From the NCBI GenBank assembly GCA_977020255.1, contig CDROCS010001567.1:1-64000 (forward strand): a stretch of DNA of 64,000 bases, in the 5' to 3' direction. The stretch comes from Obrimoposthia wandeli. Lineage: Eukaryota. The translations under genes were made by a program, and so were the position numbers. Of the stretch, positions 37,385-52,800 are shown piece after piece (the first letter of the stretch is position 1; each line of letters begins with the position of its first letter). The notes beneath the pieces are model-generated. The model was given only the letters and a program-made list of their open reading frames with translations, had not been told where the DNA came from and made no database searches.

Positions 37385-37856
37385 ATGCGCAATAAAAAAG
37401 CAGGTTCAGACATATATAAAAAAGAATTTACAGAATACAATTTTAGTCTAATGAAACTCGTAAATATAAATTATAAAGGTAGAATAGAAGATGATGTTTC
37501 ATACTTACCCTTCAATGAATGGAAGCCGAGACAATATATGAAAAGGTTTGACAATTTCACAGTTGTTATTTTTCCCACTGGTTAGTTTTTTATTATATTT
37601 TCATATTTAATTTTTTAGGAAGTTGTCGTGTTATGGGATGCAAAATAATTTTGCTTGAGTTCAATTTAACATTTGGAATTCGAATCACTGCAATATATTC
37701 AATCACAATATCAGCTAATCTCGGGAAACAAATAAATATTTATAAATTGCAGAGAAAATGAAAGAAGAATGCATGTTTGAAAAAGAAATTTCTCCTGCTC
37801 TCAGATATTTGGGGCCAACAATTATTAAGAGTTATGTAAAATTAAAAAGCAAATAA
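37385..37856 (+). pseudogene. Divergent TATA-binding-protein-like ORF with a 38-nt intron
   Basis: MKLVNINYKG..FTVVIFPTG|SCRVMGCK after removal of GT-AG intron 37581-37618 resembles TBP LIFxSGKxVxTGAK; then ITISANLGKQINIYKL and, after a 1-nt shift, MFEKEISPALRY resembling YEPExFPGLxYR. Confidence 0.6.
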
Positions 37857-40800
37857 TAATAGCACAAGATAAAAATGACAAAAAATAATAACCTGTATAA
37901 CTTCTCGTAGAATGAGGTCAGTCAAGATGTTCAGTAAAATTTTATTGTGTTCCTATCTCTAAAAAGCAGGGTTTTTATATCCTTCTAATTTCTATGTAGT
38001 GTCCGGGTTTTCCTGTTGGGGCTTTTGATTTTGATTAATTTAATCTAAACGGTGTTTGGTTCCTTAGATAATTTGCCCACTTAGATAACCCGTTAGTAGG
38101 TGTGTTTGCCTGTTAGTATTGTAAAGTTTTATGTACTTTCTTATACTATAGGACTTTTTTACCCAAAGATGTGATTTTGATGAGCCGTACATTTTTTTCA
38201 ATTGGAAATAATTTATGCTTTAAAATTATGTTTTGTTAATTTATGTGTGACTTTAGATGTCTAGAAATTCTTTTTTAAAGTTTAATTAATTAACAAAATT
38301 CACATTTTTGTAGATCTTTCTTAATACGAAAGTTGAAAACTTTCGAAAATACATGAAACAAATCGATATTTCATTACTAATTTATGTGTAGTTCAGATTT
38401 TGAGCTAAGGTCTTTTTTTAAAAGGTTATTTGTAAAAAAGTGAATTTTACATAAAATTAATTAATATTTTTAAACTATTATTCTTTATTGTGGGTCACTA
38501 CATAACATTTTAATAAGTATTTTGGCATAAACTTTATGCATAACTTAAGCAATTGTTATTTATTTGCTTAAAAGTTTTTAAGGATAGTAATTTAAATATT
38601 TGTTATTTTAATGTTCTTTTAAATTTAACTCTAACAATAGAAAGCAGTACATGGAAAGAGCTTTAAAAATAAGTTTGGAAAATGTACATGCTAAAAATTG
38701 ATAGCTTAGAGAGATAATGTAGTGCAGAAATTGTGGTGACAATAAAAACAGACTGATCAGGCGTGTAGCAGTTGTTAATGCTGTTGGTAGAGGGAGAGAT
38801 TGACAGGCGGCTGTGGATGACGGTAGAGAGTGCGGTAAGCTGGGTGAGATACGGATTGGAGAGGCAGTCTGTTCTGGGGCTGTCCTGGGCAAATTTCAAC
38901 TGGGGTAAATAATTCTCCAAACTTCGCTTCGGTCACAGATCGAATTGACCCTATGTGGTCTACTCGATCTACAATTGATTTTTCGTCAACTTTTCCTATT
39001 TTGTTACTGTCATTTGTTATCTCTGACTTCATGGGTTTTCAACCACTACAAAGGCAGAAATAACACACGATAACTGCCTAATAAGCCCATAGTAGAACGA
39101 AGCAGTCAAATATGTTGACTGTCGCGATTTGACATATGTTTGCCGCCTGACTGTAGGCATTTCAGTAATTAAAGTTTTCAATTAGTTAAACTAATTAATC
39201 AGCCCAACAAAAGTAGGTACATATTAGAATTATATGGCAATCACCGACTAAAGTTCAACCCACAGTATTAGTGTAGTTATAGTTCAATCATTGCACTAAG
39301 TACACCATTGCATTCCTATTAAACCTTCTCTACACTACAAACCCAAGGACATAAAGATTAAATGGTTTTCAAATGACAGATTTACAGTTAATTTTTTCGT
39401 TGTTAGAAGGAAATGAAGTTGTACGTCATTTGCGCTAATCTCTAGACTGGTGGGTAATGGGATATACATTTTAACACTGGTAATTATTTTAATAATCATA
39501 AAATAAAATTTGAGGTATTTATTTTTACATTAACTTTGTCTAAATATTCACTATTAAAACGAGATATTTATTAACTTTTCAAATAATCCCAGGCTGTCAG
39601 AAACATATTTAACCACAACGCAAATCGCCTCCCAATCAGTGTTGAAGAGGATTTTCTAGAGTTAATCAATTACTCCTTTGCTAAATATGACTACGAGAAG
39701 TTAAAACTGACGGATATTTGGATAACATTTTGAGGACCATACCCCATTCCGGCTCAGCAGGCACTGTAAATACTTCTTCACTTCTCTTCTCCTTACCTAT
39801 GTGAAAGTGGATTTTCATCACTTTTGGCGATAAAACTCAAAGCAATGAATCGGTTTCGTGTTGAGAGTAATCTACGATGTATTATCTCCAAAATGTCTTC
39901 GAGGATTAAATTACACGTCTCGAAGAAAAAAGTGAAAAAATCACACTAATATTATTGATTATATTTCTTGAGAGAATAATAAAAACAAATAACTGTATTG
40001 TTTATAAAGTGATGGGTAATCCAAAATGTATTTTTCTAAGATGAGAAATTGATAAAAATGGGTTAAGAAACACTGGTCTAGATTTAATTCCATACACAAA
40101 GAGCCTTGAGGACGAACTTGTGCTTCATGAACACCAGTGCAATTGACAAGAAATGTTTGTCAAAGCTGAAACAAATAAAGAATATATTCAGATAAATTAT
40201 GATCCAAACACGCATGAATTGACTAGCAGCTTTGTCAATTAAAAACTATATATTCCACAATTTGCAGTTAATAAACGTTCGGCAGACATATTCTAGCAAT
40301 AGATTGAATAAAACAAAAACTAAATTGTTCTTTATTTTCCACATCGTTTTGTTCCATTTTTTATTTCTCTTGCATTATACGGACAAACTCAACAAAACAA
40401 AGTCAAAATATGCCAGGAAAAAGATTATGGAGGAACAAGTTTTATTCACTGAAAGTACATTTTAAATGTTTTTTGTTGTCAAGCCAATCTCTAAGTTGGA
40501 TTACGGCCTTGCGACCACTGCCATTAGCAGTTGGGGACTTGTCAGAGAATTGACTTGGTTTGGCAAGTCAGGTCTTATAAATTACGAGTGGTTTGGTAAG
40601 ATTGGCATTTTTAGGTCTTTCAGTTTTTAAGATTATTAAATACAAAAAGGACTAATTATGTTATATTGATGAAGATTGGGAAGCAAAAGAAACATGGTAA
40701 CAAGAACATGGTTAATATCACGGCATATGATGGGAGTGGGGACTCAGCAACCCTCTAAGCTGTTGACAGAAGTGGGCAAATCCAACAAACTTTAATATAG

Positions 40801-41099
40801 TGGAGCGGTTGGAGGCCGAATCGAACCTGAATGAAGTCCGGCTTGTGATAAACGGTTGTGGGAAAGGGGGCATGTGTAGTGTGTTATTGCCGGTACCCTC
40901 AACGGCACTATGTGAGGTTGAATAGCTTGTGCTACACTCCGGCAGTGGGTGGAGTCTAGAACGATTATCAGAGGACGAAGGATAGGGCTATGTTGACCTA
41001 GACTTCGACGTCTAAGCCGACAAAAAGATCAACAAGGATGTATCTGTATCTTCAGCGAGGAGTGACGAGTGGGGCTTTACGGAGCTGACAAAGCATTTT

Positions 41100-41620
41100 G
41101 GAGTGAGGAGCAAAGTGACTAAATAACATGAGAAATGGTATTCCATATTTTATGCCTGTATTGGGAATGTGAGAGGGGATAAAGTGGAACAGCTGTTACA
41201 CTTGCGTCAATACTTAAGTGGTAACGCATTAAAGTTAATTGACAATTTAGGTTACAATTCTGAAGCATATGAAGCGGGCTTATTACGAATTCATAATAGG
41301 TATTGTTGTACAGAAATAAACTATTTGAGTTTAGTTGAAAATATTGATAAGCTAAGAGTTAATAAATATGGACATAAAGTAGCTAGTAGAATAGTTAGAA
41401 ATAACAATAATATGTTTGAAAAAATTAGGAAGGGAACACAAATTAGAGAATGGATTTATACTACAAAAACTTACAAAAGGTACAATCGTCAATTGGGAAA
41501 GGTGGAACGCAAAGATAGGTGGAGATCAAACAGTAGAGAAGCTCTTGATATGTACCCAAGAGAAAGCTATTTACTTGAGAAAGACGATGAAGATGACAAG
41601 AGAGTAGGGGAATGTGTGTC
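41100..41620 (+). mobile_element. BEL/Pao gag remnant
   Basis: LLHLRQYLSGNALKLIDNLGYNSEAYEAGLLRIHNRY and WERW..TVEKL patterns typical of BEL/Pao gag. Confidence 0.65.
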
Positions 41621-44600
41621 TTTCGGAACAAAGACATTTTGATCCCCCCTAAAACTAACACCAGAAACTGATTTTTTGTCAATTTTTTTTGACAAATGTC
41701 GGTGAAATTTTGTTCAATTTTTGACGATTTTCGTGGATTATTTAGGTTCGAAAATATCGTGTGAGTAGTGGATGTGTGACTTCAGGCACAAAGCCCACGA
41801 TGTGTCACGTATTTGTGGTAAAAATCTGTTTCTCGTCGATGACTCATCGAGGACTCATTTTCTTTGTGGTCGTATTTTTAGTTACATATTTTCAAACTTA
41901 TTTAATTTTTTATCTAAAGGTCGTATTGACTTGTGGATTTTACTAAAGGATACCTTAAGGTTATTTCTATGTGTGTATGTGAAACTGCACGCTTACTGCA
42001 TAAACTTGTATTTAAATTACAACATAAAAAGCTTTTGTTTAAATACATCAATTTCTATGTATCTGTGTGCATAACAAAAGTGTCACTTACTGCATGTGAG
42101 TTGCAACTATTCATCATAAAGAAATTTTGTTTAAATTCATCAATTTCATAATTATTTTATTTAAACAAAAGTAATTTAATTAAAATAATGTATAATATAA
42201 TTTATATTAAATAATGTATCTAGGTTATTATATATCATATGTATTTTATTTTATTTGAAATTTTATTATATTATCCATTGATCCATTGGATTTAAAAGAA
42301 AATTTGTTTTACTGCATCAATAAAATTAATTAATTCAGAAGAGTATATAAAAAGATATTTTAGAATCATTTTATTAAATATAAAATGAAATTCCAAAGAC
42401 AAACTTTCTTGAAAGAGCTAATGGAAAGCGAGCACACACTAGCCGAGAAGTGTTATCTCGTGAGGGTTTGATACTCCGTGAGTCTCTTGAAGTTGAAGAT
42501 ATCCTGGGATTCATTGTTTGGTCTTCAAATGGCCAATCACTCATTATACCTCATGAGAACTGACAATGAGACCCACAAAGATATGAGAACGACCCAAAGT
42601 ATTCATTATGGCTACATAAGAAAAGGAGTTTTTTCAAAAATAAAGTTTTTAAACGTCATATAGAAAATAATTTTTAAAACATTAGGTACTTACTATTAAA
42701 AGTAGCTACACGTACTATCTACTTAAAAAAAACTTTCTACATTTATTTATACTAATTACTTTTAAAAAGAATGCATATATAATTATCTAAATTTAATTAA
42801 ACTAACTGTTTATAAATATGAGTATTATATAATTACCAAAAGTTAATTTCATATTTTAAAATTTGAGTCTTTGGACTTTTACGGAAATATTTTGTACCAA
42901 GATATACACTAAGAACCTTTTCAATTGCCGTGAATGCTTTATGTAATCCTACAAAAATATTAAGTATACCATTCCTCTTTTGTTTACCTGCAATATAATC
43001 AATATTCTTTTTCAATTTAGAGAATTCGTATTTACTCCAATAAATCATCTACTTAAAAGATTCCGAACTATAAAAGGAACACTCCCACCCTCATCAATTT
43101 CTTTTTACCCTTTTTAGTCTTTTTAGACTTTAATGATTTAGCAGATATTTTACTCATTTTCTTATTAAATATTTTATTAAATTATTACTAAATTATTTTA
43201 AAAAAATTATAAGAAATAATAAAATAAAGATACAAAAATTTATTAATAAACTCTAATTTCCTTAATTATTTTCCATAACGGAGTTTCTAATCCAGAGGGC
43301 CCAATCATGTATCCATGAATTCTGAATTTGAGAATTCATTCTAATCTAGGAGGATGTCCATCGAATACTGCTTCATTATCCTGCTTGAAAGGGGCATTTT
43401 CTCAGTTGATTATGAATTTGTTTTTTCGAATTTCATATTTGATCCCGAATTGATTGAAGAAAATATTGATTCTCTCTTAATCTTCTGAAGTCACATTTGA
43501 TACATGAAAATAAAATTTAATCGCCTTTATGTTGACTGGAAAAATAAAATTATAGTTGTGAGTTTTCTTCACAAATGCATATTATATCCGTGGTATTTAT
43601 GCATAGGCTGATATAGCTTTTTACAATTCAGATTCTTAAAATTCATATTTACAATTATGTTATATATTTTCTAAATAAATGGAAAAAATGCAATATCAAA
43701 ATTGTTGATGGGAACGAACAAATTATCTTTCCCAAATAAATTGATAAAATTCAGGATCAAAATTGTCGATGGGAACGAACAAATTGTCTTGGCATCAAAA
43801 TTGTTTATGTTTAATCATATAGTTTGAACGTTATTTAAAGTAGAAATAGCCATTGATTTGAGCTTCTGCTACTGGTTCTATAGTAAAGAGTTAGCGATAA
43901 GTAAAGAGCCAGTCAGCCAATAGGGAGAGTGGCTAAAAGAAGAGATGATTATGGGGAAAAGATAGAGAATATAGGGAGATATAAGGAATATTGCTGCCCG
44001 ATTGAAACTAGGAATGGTGTTTCTTCTGTTAATTGCAGGGATATAGCACAGTTGAGGGAGCATTTAAGTTTGGGTAACGAGGTCAGGGTTGGCAGCGATT
44101 ATTGTTGCTGCTACGGTTGCCATAGGAAAACAGGTGAGAATTTTGGCAGGCCAAGAAAACTTCTCAAATGACTCTGCATCACATGGATATTTGGTCAGAG
44201 GCAGGGAATAGGCACACTGGCATTAGTAGCGGTGAACGATAGGTCGCGGTATGTGTGTGTGTGTGTGTGATTGAAAATGATGATGGTGTTGGCCGACTGG
44301 GATGACAGGGAGAGATGATGGGGAAGGAAGGTGGAGGAGGACCAAATCTGCTGCAAGTCCAGAGATCTGGGCGGAAAATTCCAGCGAGATAAAAACACTT
44401 CCTTATCTCCGCTCTGCCTATCAAAACATTCATTTTTTCGCCGCCTTCCTGACGAGCCTGGCAAGGCAAAACGGGGTTTTACTCCGTCGGAGGCTGATAA
44501 AAACAACCTCCCTGACTGTAAGCACCTCGGCAATTCCAATTAAATATGAATTTAAATTGATCAAAAACCCATTCTACTTAACTATTCATTACACTCACAA

Positions 44601-45229
44601 TTATAAGTTCAATTATTATGTTTATGAAAATCGTTTAGTAATAGTCAAATCCTTAAAGGGCGTACGTTCAACGGTTACTCGCGTAGGACTTGTTATTGTT
44701 TGAGTTGAGGTATTGATATTTTCGCTATGATTATTTCTATTATAATTCATATTAACATATAAATTATCATGGGAACCTATATATGTACTTGCTATATTTT
44801 GATCATTTTGATTATCCATTTCCAATAAAATCATTATCAAAATATTGTGTATACTGATTTGTTTTCGGAGATAAAGACATCACGTGACATCACTTGTATG
44901 TAAGTTGCAATTTTACTAATAATAGATTTTTAAATAGTTTATAAGCTGAAAATTTTCTCATTCGGTTTTGTTATGACAACTAAATTTATTGCACATTATG
45001 TTTCGCGAAATGGAGAACTTAGCATTTTTCACAAAATTTCGAGAGGAAATGTAGATATTTAATCCGAATGGGTTAGATTAGAATCATTACAAAGAGCGTT
45101 TACTGGTTTAGTCTATAAGAGCGCATTAGCAAAAGCCAGTGTTTTATAAACATGATGATTCAACTGATAATGTAAAATTTGTATACTGTAAAGTTGCATT
45201 ATTTGAATGGGAGTGCTATCTTAAATTCA

Positions 45230-46150
45230 AGATAGTCCTATGTTTTCCATTCAATTGAATGAATCAACCGATATTGAAACATTATCTTAGCTTATATGTT
45301 TTGTAAGATATATTGATGTAGTTGAAAATGAAATTACTGCAAGAGCTATTGATATCATAAAAATAGTAGAGGACTATTTTACAGAAAATGAAATAGATTG
45401 AAATAAATTAATAGCTATAACAACTGATGGAGCACCATCTATGATAAGCAGAAAATCTGGTGTGATGACTTTAGCAAAAGAAAAATCCACTAATTTGATA
45501 GTTACACACTGCTGCTTGCACAGACAGGTTCTTTCAAGTAAAATAATGCCTGATGAATTTTCATATGTGTTTCAGAAAATTGTTATTATAAAAAACTCAA
45601 TAAAATCTAAACCAACTGTTGCAAGACTATTCTCTCAATTATGTGAAGAAAATGAAGCGGAGCAATACACAAGACATATATTTTACTGCTGTAAGATGGT
45701 TGTCACGTGGAAATGCAGTTTTGAGACAAACTGAAAAGCTATTTACAAAATTTTAATCTGGAGAAAAGAAGAGTTAAAAATTCAAATTTTGAACACTTTA
45801 ATGAAATATACATGAATATGTTACAAATTTTTATAATAAATGTAACTTCACTGATTTAATTTTTGAACATATCGGCCTATTTTGACTAGGATATTTCAGA
45901 CTTTGAGGAAAATCAATGGATTCCATTTCCATTTGCCAATGAAGCTGAAAAGGCATTTTCAGATGATGATTATGAAATTAAAGAAGAATTTATTAATATG
46001 AGCTGTGACTCTTTATTAAAAATAGAATTTAAAGAATTTTCTCTTGAAAAATTCTAGATCAGAAAACTACCAAAATTCAGAAGACCTGGTATTCAATTGT
46101 TTGCTTTGAAAATGGTACCACAGCTCGGAATTTTCATATATAAATTTAAA
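45230..46150 (+). mobile_element. hAT (Buster-like) transposase remnant
   Basis: FSIQLNESTD, ITTDGAPSM, THCCLHRQVL, RLFSQLCEE. Confidence 0.85.
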
Positions 46151-46269
46151 GAATCTCATCGTTGGTTTCATTCAGTGGTATACATTGTCTTTGAGAAAGT
46201 CGACTACACTATACAAACTGGAAGACAGAAATGTTATAAAAACGGCTGTTGCATTCTTTGTTGACGATT

Positions 46270-46860
46270 TTGATTTTACATCATAAATGCTATGGACAAA
46301 ACTGCACTTTATATGGGACAGAAATCTCAAACACAATTGAACAGAAAAGAGCATTATCAATCTACATTTCTTACAGACTATGAAGGTACACGAGTAATCT
46401 GTATTCCAATTAGTCGTCTGGATGGAAATAAAGCAGTACCTTAATCATCACTGAGAGTAAAAGTAGATTAGATTGAACGTGTATCAGGCATTTATGTTAT
46501 TGAAACTTGAAGGCCTGGTGCACACAAGCTGTTATAAGAAAGTACGTTAACTTGATGCTGCTACTTGTTCTGAAAGGTGACGAAAGAAGAATGGTCATCT
46601 GAGATTTTGCCAGCACTCACCGTGCTAAATACAAGCAGAACTTTCTTGCAGAGAGAAGTATAGAAGAAATCATGAAGCCATAAACATAATTAAATACAAC
46701 ATTGAAAACAGAAAAGAGAAATCAGTGTAACAATACTGTGAAGCCTAGTCTGCTAATGTTTGTCACTTCTGTGACAAATGCATGGAATGAAATCACTGAG
46801 AGTTTTGTTTTTAATGCTCTACTAACAGGCTACTAGGACAAGAAATTCCAATTTGATGAG
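46270..46860 (+). mobile_element. pogo/Tigger-like transposase remnant
   Basis: Broken motifs INAMDKTAL, DGNKAVP and V..AWNEI; heavily decayed. Confidence 0.45.
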
Positions 46861-49844
46861 AGCCATATTATCTAACAAGAGAATCAAGCCTCTGATTCTG
46901 TAGGAATTATAACCACAAGTAATATCGGTTGGCATTATGTTTGAGTTTGGAGAGGTATGATGATATTACTGAAGAAAATAACATGACGGTAATTGAATAA
47001 ATTTGAATATTTTTGTCAACATGCATGCAATATTCATACATGCAAAAATAGAAGTCATCCCCAAAAGAAACCAAGGATATTTACGTAGAAAAATAATACA
47101 GATCTGTTTTATTACATAATATGCCTCTAAGTCGCCAAAAATAGTAATCAACTTCAAGTACTATTTTTTTTATTTCAAGAAGCTATAAAATTATTCTTTT
47201 AAGTATTATGCTTACATCAAATATATAAATATGGATTTTGTTGCTTTGTGAAACATAAGATGTTTAAATAGATCATAGTTACAAATTATTTAAACAATTA
47301 CAAAATAACCTTGGGTAAAATATATTTATAATTAATATTCTAATTTTTAAGAGAACATTTGAATTAAACTGTATAAGTCTATATATATTTCTTTTAATAA
47401 TGGGACTTTTTAAGATAATTATTTTGCCCGAATTATAAAATAATTATTCTTTAACAAAAATTTAGTCGTCCGATTAAATTATTTTAATTTTTTAATTGTT
47501 TAAATTTACTATGCTTATTTAGAATAAATTTTTAGACAAAATATAAAGTTTCAATATGTTTATTGTATATAATACTGTTATACATCATACGCAATATATA
47601 ACATAAATATTTAAGGTTAAAAAATAATTTGTCTCATTTGAACATTTATATTATTTTATTTTTTAGTTATTAATTAAAAAATAAAATTTTAATTAAAATA
47701 AATTAAACATTTAAGTTTTAAGTTTAGTATAAATTATAGAAAACTTGGATTTTTATTACCAAAAATTGATCACTATGCATTGCATTAAATTGTGTGACTT
47801 CATTGAAGAAAGCTTCACATCGTATTCATTTAAATTTGAAAATAAATATTTTGCTTTATCAGATACAACTACGTTCAAAATGGCAAATTTTTATTTCCAC
47901 TTTTATGACAATAATATTAAATTTTATAAAATGGAAAATCTTATCAATTAAATTGTTATAAAGTATAAATAAATATAATTAAAGATGAATAAAAATGAAA
48001 GTGAGATTATAATATTTGAATATTAGAATGATATAAATTGTATTGAAAATAAAGTTTCATGGATGTTGCTAAAATTTTAGTAATTTTAAAGTAAAAATTA
48101 GAAACATTGGTTGTGTTTTCAAAAAATCAAAAATTGAACTTTCAAATTAATGAAGTGATAAGAACATGCAACAGTCATATTAAAAAGATTTTAAAAATAA
48201 GAAACCATCTTACTACTGAAATAATTACAATGACTACGTATTCAAAAATTATATAAAAACTTGATATTCAAAATTATTTAATGTTTAATATTTCAGCTTA
48301 TAATATAAATGGTTTACTTAATATTTTTAACAAAGTTCTCGGAATTTTATTCAAATTTAAGACAAGTATTAGAGCAAGTGAACATTTATAAAGCAGATTT
48401 GGCTAATGATCAATGCCGGAATTAATTCAAGATCGTACATGTTATTAAAAAAGTATTATATTTTAAAAATTGATATTGTAATGAATTTGGTTTGTTATAA
48501 ATTGAAAATTAATACAGATTGATTTTATTCTGACTAAAAATAATATACAAAATTGTTAGAAATATATCAACAAGAAAAATGCTGTTATCATTTTAGGCAT
48601 TTCTGCTAATATATAGAGTTCCAATCAGTACAGCTAGAGACATATATCAGTAATGCAACAGGACACACATAGGACAGATTACGGCAAGTTTGGATAAGTT
48701 GCAGGTAACTATGAATTGTATGCGGTCTGTACGAAAATCGATCATGAAATGAAAGGAATCGAGGATTGAGAGTAGATTCAACATGTCCGTGTCTTTGGGT
48801 CAGAGAGAATCAGGGTAGAGAGACTGCTGTTCAAATTGGCGCAATGACGCCTGAAGCTGATTTTCAGCGTAATCATCAGTAGTGACTGCTGTTTCGATAT
48901 GGGTGATACCGGCATAGTGAGAGAATAATGACCAGACATTTCCAGGTTTTCCTGTCCATATTCGAGGGAAATCAGCCTGGAGTTTCGAATCGGCGCAAGT
49001 GCACGCATGTATTTGAAAACGGGAGTGAGGGATATAAATAGCGAGGGACTGTTGCTACAACGGCCGTCGTCTTATTGTTACCACCGTCATCGTCGCTAGT
49101 CGAGCTGGTAGTCAGTCCTGTCTGAGCAGCTAGAAAAAATTTAGACTGAGCCAACTTCGATCACAGATTGAACTGGATCGAGTTTGTCCAGTTGATCTAC
49201 TATCAAGTCGTTCTCATAAATAATCTTTTCCATTATTTTTATCTCTGACTTCGCGGAAAAACTCACCGGAATTGACACAAAAGGAATTAATTAATTCCGA
49301 AGTTTTATATAATTAAACATATTAATCCTTATTCTTGAACCTTAAGACACCAGTTTGGTTTAAAAACGTCTCATTTATAAAATAAATATTACGAATATTA
49401 ATGTTAAACTAAAAGCTCTTTTTCCTAATAAATAATAGATTTTACTGAAAAATAATCTATATAAATTGTCCAGAATTTATTTATTCCTTAGAAATCTTTG
49501 TACTTCTAACTATCTTTTTTCATAAATATTGTTTAAAATTACTGCTATTAAAAGGAAAATTTTCAAAAATTAAAATCACTTAAATTTACTATGTTTACAA
49601 AAAAGAAAACTTTTTTATAATTTTATTTCTGTAAAAAGAATTTCAAATTTCTGGCTGCTATTTTCTATTAAAAAAGTATTAACCGTTTAAATAAGGTTTT
49701 ATTATATAAAATTTATATGATCAAAGAAAAATATAAATAAAATTATTATCACCTTAAGATCATATGATAATTTAACTTTGAAATCTTATATTACATTTCT
49801 GATAAAATTATTTATTTTCATTTTGTAAGTAAAAATTACATTTA

Positions 49845-52800
49845 ATGAAAAAATTATATAGTCAAGTTTTTCAACATATTAAATCTGAAAAGAAGCGTTA
49901 CACTAGACTCTGTAACAATGAATTTGATGAATTTAATAAACTTTTTACGAAGAAAAAGCGTGTGTTTACTTTAAGACTTAATAAGTAAATTTTATTTCAT
50001 TATATTTAATTTTTTTAAGAAATCAAATTACTAAAGAAGAAATTATTAAATATCACAAAGATTTAATTACAAGACTTGAGGAATACCGTTTGTCTACAAT
50101 TTCTGATTATGAAAGGTTTGTGCAAGCAGTTAGAAATTTTTCTGGTGAATCACGTAAGCGAAAAATCGAAGATGCTTGTATTAATACACCTGATAGTAAG
50201 AAACAAAAAATGGTTGTGGAATTCAATCCTATTACGGATATTGTAGAAGAAGAAGAGAAGGAAAATGAGATACCAGAAGTTATAGATATAAAAGCAGATA
50301 AATCCATAAATAGTAGTGTGTTTAGTAAAAAATCTACAGCGATTAGTGAGAATGTTGGCAGAACTTTGCGTAGCAATGCTAGCAATAAATCAATCAAATC
50401 ATATGCATTGTGTGAAAGTTCTATTATAATTATGGATACCAAATTATCTGGTAAGTCAATCAAATCAAATAAATCGGTAGGCAAATTAACCAAATCAATC
50501 GATAATGTGAACCAAATTGATATAAATACCGATACGTGCATTGATAAACAGGAAGACGCTATAGAAGAAAAGGTGCATAATATGAGTATTGGGAACAGTA
50601 AAGAGGAAACTGAACTAATGAACTATGAGAATTCAAGTGTATGTATGATCTCTGAAGCTGTCGGCCACAGTGACAAAACTTATGATAACGTTGACTATAT
50701 GGAAGTAGTTGAAATGAATGAAGAAGACAGTCAAGCAAAGAGTAAACCTGTAAACAATGGCATAACAAACAAAGCAATGGTTACATCGGTACAGTTACAT
50801 GATCAGAAATCTCATGTGGAGACTGATGTAATTGAATCACAATCGAGTAAGAATGCTAAAAGTTCTGTGAAAGAATATGTCATACCGGAGATACAAAAAT
50901 CGACAAAAATAAATCCAGTCGAAAAGAAACGTATCATAGCCAAGCCAAATCGATTAATCTCTGTCGCCAAAAAGTACACTCCGACGACACCACCGCTCAA
51001 ACCGATTATCAAGAATAATGATTTAAAGGTACGTTAACTTTTTGCAATTAATATTGATAACTAAATTACATGGCATTTTATTTGCATACGTATTGTCTAA
51101 GATATATGTTGGAGTTCAAAAGTAACGATTTTTGTACTTTGTGCAACATTTTTGGGAAAAGTCAGTCTAAAAATTAATATGGTAATCATTGTGTTAAGCA
51201 AATACATTAGAAATTCCACATATTTATGTTTATTAATAAATTGTGTCTTTAGTTGAATACACCGTTGGCGAAAAAAACATCGAAGAAAACGCCAGTATTT
51301 GGAAATCCGCTTGTCAAAACAGCTGCATTTACACGGAACCACCAACCAACAACTGCAGTAGTGGGCTCCAGCCAAGCAAATAGCGCTCGTGCCAAGGCCC
51401 AAGAAAAGTTTGCTCTGCTCTCATCATCCAGTCATAAGTCTGCTGCCGCCTCGAAATTTAAGATACCAACACCCATCTCAGGTGTCAAGACTGCAGGAGT
51501 ATCTGCAGCAACTTCTTCCGAAAGCCACCGCACTAGAGCTGCTATCCCAAACTATATGCGGCCAACTCTTCAGGCCAACAACAAAGCACTGGGTGGAAGT
51601 GTACACAGTCTTAACAAAATGTCAAAGACATCATCGAGGTTTGTATTTTGTTTTCTAGGTTAAGTTCATTTTCTCCATGAGTAGCATAAAATAATATCAG
51701 AATTTTAATAATCTATTGATTCCAAATATAAATATATTAAAATTGATAAAAGAGACAATTGCAAATATCTAATATAAAATGTCTGGCGATTTTGAGTGAA
51801 AATAAATAATCATAAAATTAGAATATTAGTAAACAGGAACCCATAAACACTAATCGAATTTTACTAGACCTGACAAAAAAGTGCCAACAGGAAGTTTTTC
51901 ACGTATAATTTATGTAAAATTAGGCAATTTCAATATTTCTGTCGTTTTTATTTAACTAATGATATTTTGAACATTTAGAATCGATAAAATGGAGATACAA
52001 TTAACAATGTGTTATAAAAAGGAAAGTTATGGAAGGTAGACATTAGGGTTTCTAATACCATTATTTTCGAAACCAGGATCCTCACAATGTATGACATAGT
52101 AATTAAAAAGAAATGGTATTTCGGTAATATAATAACCGTTATATCATTTTATACACATGTGGTTCTCAAACCGTTTGTCGACGGTACACGTAGTTCTAAA
52201 TTATTTTGTCTTTCTAAAACAACGCATATGTATTTAGTCTGGCGAAGACAAATGTTCAGCATTTATTTACAATGTAAATGACTAGCGAGGAATAAACGTA
52301 GTCGGCGCAAATCGCCTGAGCTCATTTGACATAAAATATCAACTAAAGCAGAAAAGCCCTTCTCGCAAAAAGATGGAAAAGCGATTTTAGCATGTAAAGC
52401 TTGATATTTGAGAAGGAAATTTTCGGGTATTTATGCTACTCTTAGCTAACCTTTTACACTTATAGTGCAAATGGATTTCTGATCCTTTGTATTTTAACCA
52501 ATCTTTCATTGCAAAGTAGAACTGAAAGTTGTCATGCACTGATTTGTTCATCACATGCACTTGCCAAGTCTTTCATGAAGATGGGATTGAAACGCTGTTA
52601 CGCAAACAAGAGTTAAAATATTTTTCTTCGGGGCCTGCAAGGACACATTCAATTTCTTTAACAGTGCGAAAATATCCGTCACATATACCAAGGTGAAAAG
52701 GTCAAAAATAATTTCGTTCATATTTGGAGCGACTAACAGCTCTTCCCAAACCATTTGACCGTCACATGTATGTATATAAAAATGTAAGATTTTCAAATTA

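Noticed and set aside
43880-44560. LINE 5' region or host exon
   Set aside because: GC-richer sequence with a (TG)n tract, but no endonuclease or RT motif and no supported splice structure.
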